A stretch of DNA of 63,286 nucleotides, the filler included, from Folioceros fuciformis (Eukaryota), in assembly GCA_049999805.1 (NCBI GenBank). It is 13 parts of 13 records of this genome, joined end to end, with 100 filler letters (N's around TTAATTAATTAA, not from the genome) between each part and the next. Parts side by side here need not be neighbours in the genome. Positions count along the whole stretch, not along the records: positions 60,955 to 63,286 come from JBNGIO010003506.1; 12 more parts are not named here. One strand, written 5' to 3'. Both the position numbers and the translations under genes were made by a program. Positions 60,955 through 63,286 of the stretch are shown here, piece by piece. The notes beneath the pieces are model-generated. The model was not told where the DNA came from. It did no database searches and worked only from the letters and a program-made list of their open reading frames with translations. Positions within the stretch are counted from its first letter, which is position 1. Every line of letters begins with the position of its first letter.

Positions 60955-63286
60955 GCAAGCCCAAGCCAGCTGAATGCTCATAGTGTTTTACTCGCCCTAG
61001 GGCCTTGGTCAGAATATCGGCCATCATGGCCTTTGTTGGGCAATACACCACCTGAATGATCCCAGCTGTGGCCAGCTCTCGAACATATTGGTGCTGGATT
61101 CCAATGTGCTTCGTCTTGGCGTGATACCTCGGGTTCATAGTGAGCGCGATTGCGCTTTGATTGTCGCAATACAGTTGGATTGGCAGCTATTGTTTGAAAC
61201 CCAGCTCTCAAAGAGCTCCAACTGTCCACACTATCTCCTTGCTGGCCTCGGTAAGGCTTTTAAATTCAGCCTCTGTGCTTGACAATGTGTGAACCTCCAA
61301 AGTTTGGGGTAGTAGTTTGTTTTGGTTGANNNNNNNNNNNNNNNNNNNNNNNNNNNNNNNNNNNNNNNNNNNNNNNNNNNNNNNNNNNNNNNNNNNNNNN
61401 NNNNNNNNNNNNNNNNNNNNNNNNNNNNNTATTTTTCCTAATTTTCCTTGATTTTCTGGTCATTTTTCCTATTTTTCTTTGTGCTAATTAAGTTAATTGA
61501 CCAGGAAATAGTTGGTTTGGTTATAAGAGTGGGTATAGGTTTGGTCCCAGAGCTGGGAAGGTTTAGGTTCAGTACCGGGCCATAGGGTTGGGTGATTAGT
61601 TTAATATTATTTAAAGATATAATATTAAATAATAATATAATAATATAAAATAAATATAATAATGGTTTGAACATAGGAAGGGGTATCTGGGTGTGTCAGT
61701 GTCAGGGGTCAGGGGTCAGGGTGAAGGGGCTTGCCCCTAGCTCTTGATTGTAAAGGGTGTGTCTTTCTCTCAACCTGTCCACTCTTGTTCCTTGCTTGGT
61801 CAAGTGCTGTAGGCCGGCCATGTCTCATGGCGTCTGGTAAGGTTGTGGGGAGGAGATACCCAAGAGGGGAGTGTGTTCCCTTCTTCCTTTTGTTTGGGGT
61901 TAGTCTAGTGACTCTTGCCGGGTAGGAGGAGTCTGTAGGGAAGTGTAGAAGGTAGTGGTGTCGTTGCTGGTTGCTGGTAGTTGTTGGTGTTGGTGCTGGA
62001 ACGAGAGAGTGAGTGAAGTGAGTGAAGGAAGTCGCAGATCTGAGAGGTTAGAGTCGTTGTAGTGGCTGGAGTGAGTTTGTGGGCACCGAGAGAGGTGCAG
62101 CTGACCGTCGGACAGCGAGGCCTGTCCTACGCCTGATCGGAGCTGGAGGGGAGCCCTCGAATCCATCATCGAGTTGATCAAGTCCGACCCTCCATCCACA
62201 GCAGCAAGGAACCCCATCGCTCCTTCGTGGGAACGAAACCCAATGTCTCAACGACAGTGGGATAAGTGTGGCCACTAAAGGTGGAACCCGTCGGCAATCA
62301 GTGCCCGGGGTTTTGCCTCCACACAATGCTATTGTTGGCTATTTCTTGCTGCTCCATCCAACTGCAGCTCTAGCTAGGAGGGTGACATAGCTCGACACAC
62401 TGCGTCGATCATCAGGGTCTCCTGCCCAATCTGCATCATTGTATGCAACCAAGGTAAGCGGCTTGTCTGCTTTTGCATTGTATAGTAACCCCCAATCTAC
62501 TGTTCCTGCCAGGTATTGGTACTGCCTGGTCATCAGGTCATTGTGCTTGGCATTGGGGTTTGATACAAACCTAGACGTCAGCCCAGAAGAGAAGCTGATG
62601 TCAGGCCTGGAACCGATCATCATATGCATGACACTACCATTTCTGGATGCATAATCCTCGACTGCAGGGATCTCTTCTTTAGGTATGTCCCCAACCTGTG
62701 CAGAATACTTGACATTCTGCTCTGCTAGGGTTGCCACTGACTTGCAGTTCTCCATACCATATCTTGCCAGAATTTCTCTAGTGTATTTTGCCTGATGCAA
62801 GAATATAGTCCCAGCTTTGCGATCTCTCACCAAATGCATGCCCAAGCAGAAGTGAAGAGGTCCAGAATCAGTCATCTTAAATTCTGAACCTAGTTGTTGT
62901 TTTACAATTCTGATCATCTTCCAGGAATTGCTCATGACAATAATGTCATCCACGTAAATGGCAAGTGCAAGCAAATTCTTTCCTTCTCGCTTGACATTCA
63001 CTTTGCTGTTAGCATGGATACTGACATAGGAGAGTGCATTCAGGAAGGCGTCTATGCGTACATACCAAAGCTCTTGGACTTTGTTTAAGTCCGTATATGG
63101 TTTTCTTCAATTTGCACACAGGTCGAGGAAGGTTGGACGTGACTGGAACCCCTTCAAGTACGTCCATAAAGATCTCCTCGTCTAGCTTGCCATAGAGGAA
63201 TGCGGTTTTGACATCTAACTGCTCCAACTCCAGGTCCTCGACAGCTGCTAGTGCAACAAACAGCCTCAGGGTCGTGAGCTTGACCA
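60955..63286 (-). mobile_element. Decayed Copia RT-RNase H interrupted by a solo LTR
   Basis: Motifs QLDVKTAFLYG, YGLKQSPR, IYVDD, DADWAGDPDDRRS, SKK*PTIAL|SSTEAEF, HAKTKHI, MMADILTKAL. Confidence 0.95.
61288..62323 (+). mobile_element. Family 1 solo LTR, internally deleted, with 5-bp TSD CAATG
   Basis: TGTG...CACA termini. CAATG at 61283-61287 and 62324-62328. Removing the LTR and one TSD copy restores IALSSTEAEF. Confidence 0.93.

Overview
Eukaryotic land-plant nuclear DNA. A non-seed plant such as a bryophyte is likely, but this is inference. The window is about 13 draft scaffolds joined by artificial 100-bp linkers (N44-TTAATTAATTAA-N44) and also has 100-N gaps, so adjacency across linkers is not real. 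Host genes with GT-AG introns: (1) a 4-exon, 552-aa secreted protein fusing a PMEI/invertase-inhibitor-like domain to a PL1 pectate-lyase domain that has lost two canonical Ca2+-binding Asp residues; (2) an RSH2/RSH3-type RelA/SpoT homolog, 3' end truncated by a linker; (3) a LEUNIG-type WD40 corepressor on the minus strand, 5' end truncated. There is also an intronless, AT-rich RING-H2 ORF with two 96-aa tandem repeats. The rest is mostly decayed, nested transposons. These include one full-length Copia (127-bp LTRs, TAAAT TSD), three more Copia relics, a chromodomain Gypsy, a Gypsy integrase fused in frame to a PHD finger, a tRNA-Asp-primed LTR family, an LTR family that recurs inside other elements, an element with an accessory ORF, and a PIF/Harbinger transposase. 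Several mini- and microsatellites are present. No CRISPR, rRNA or tRNA genes were recognised.
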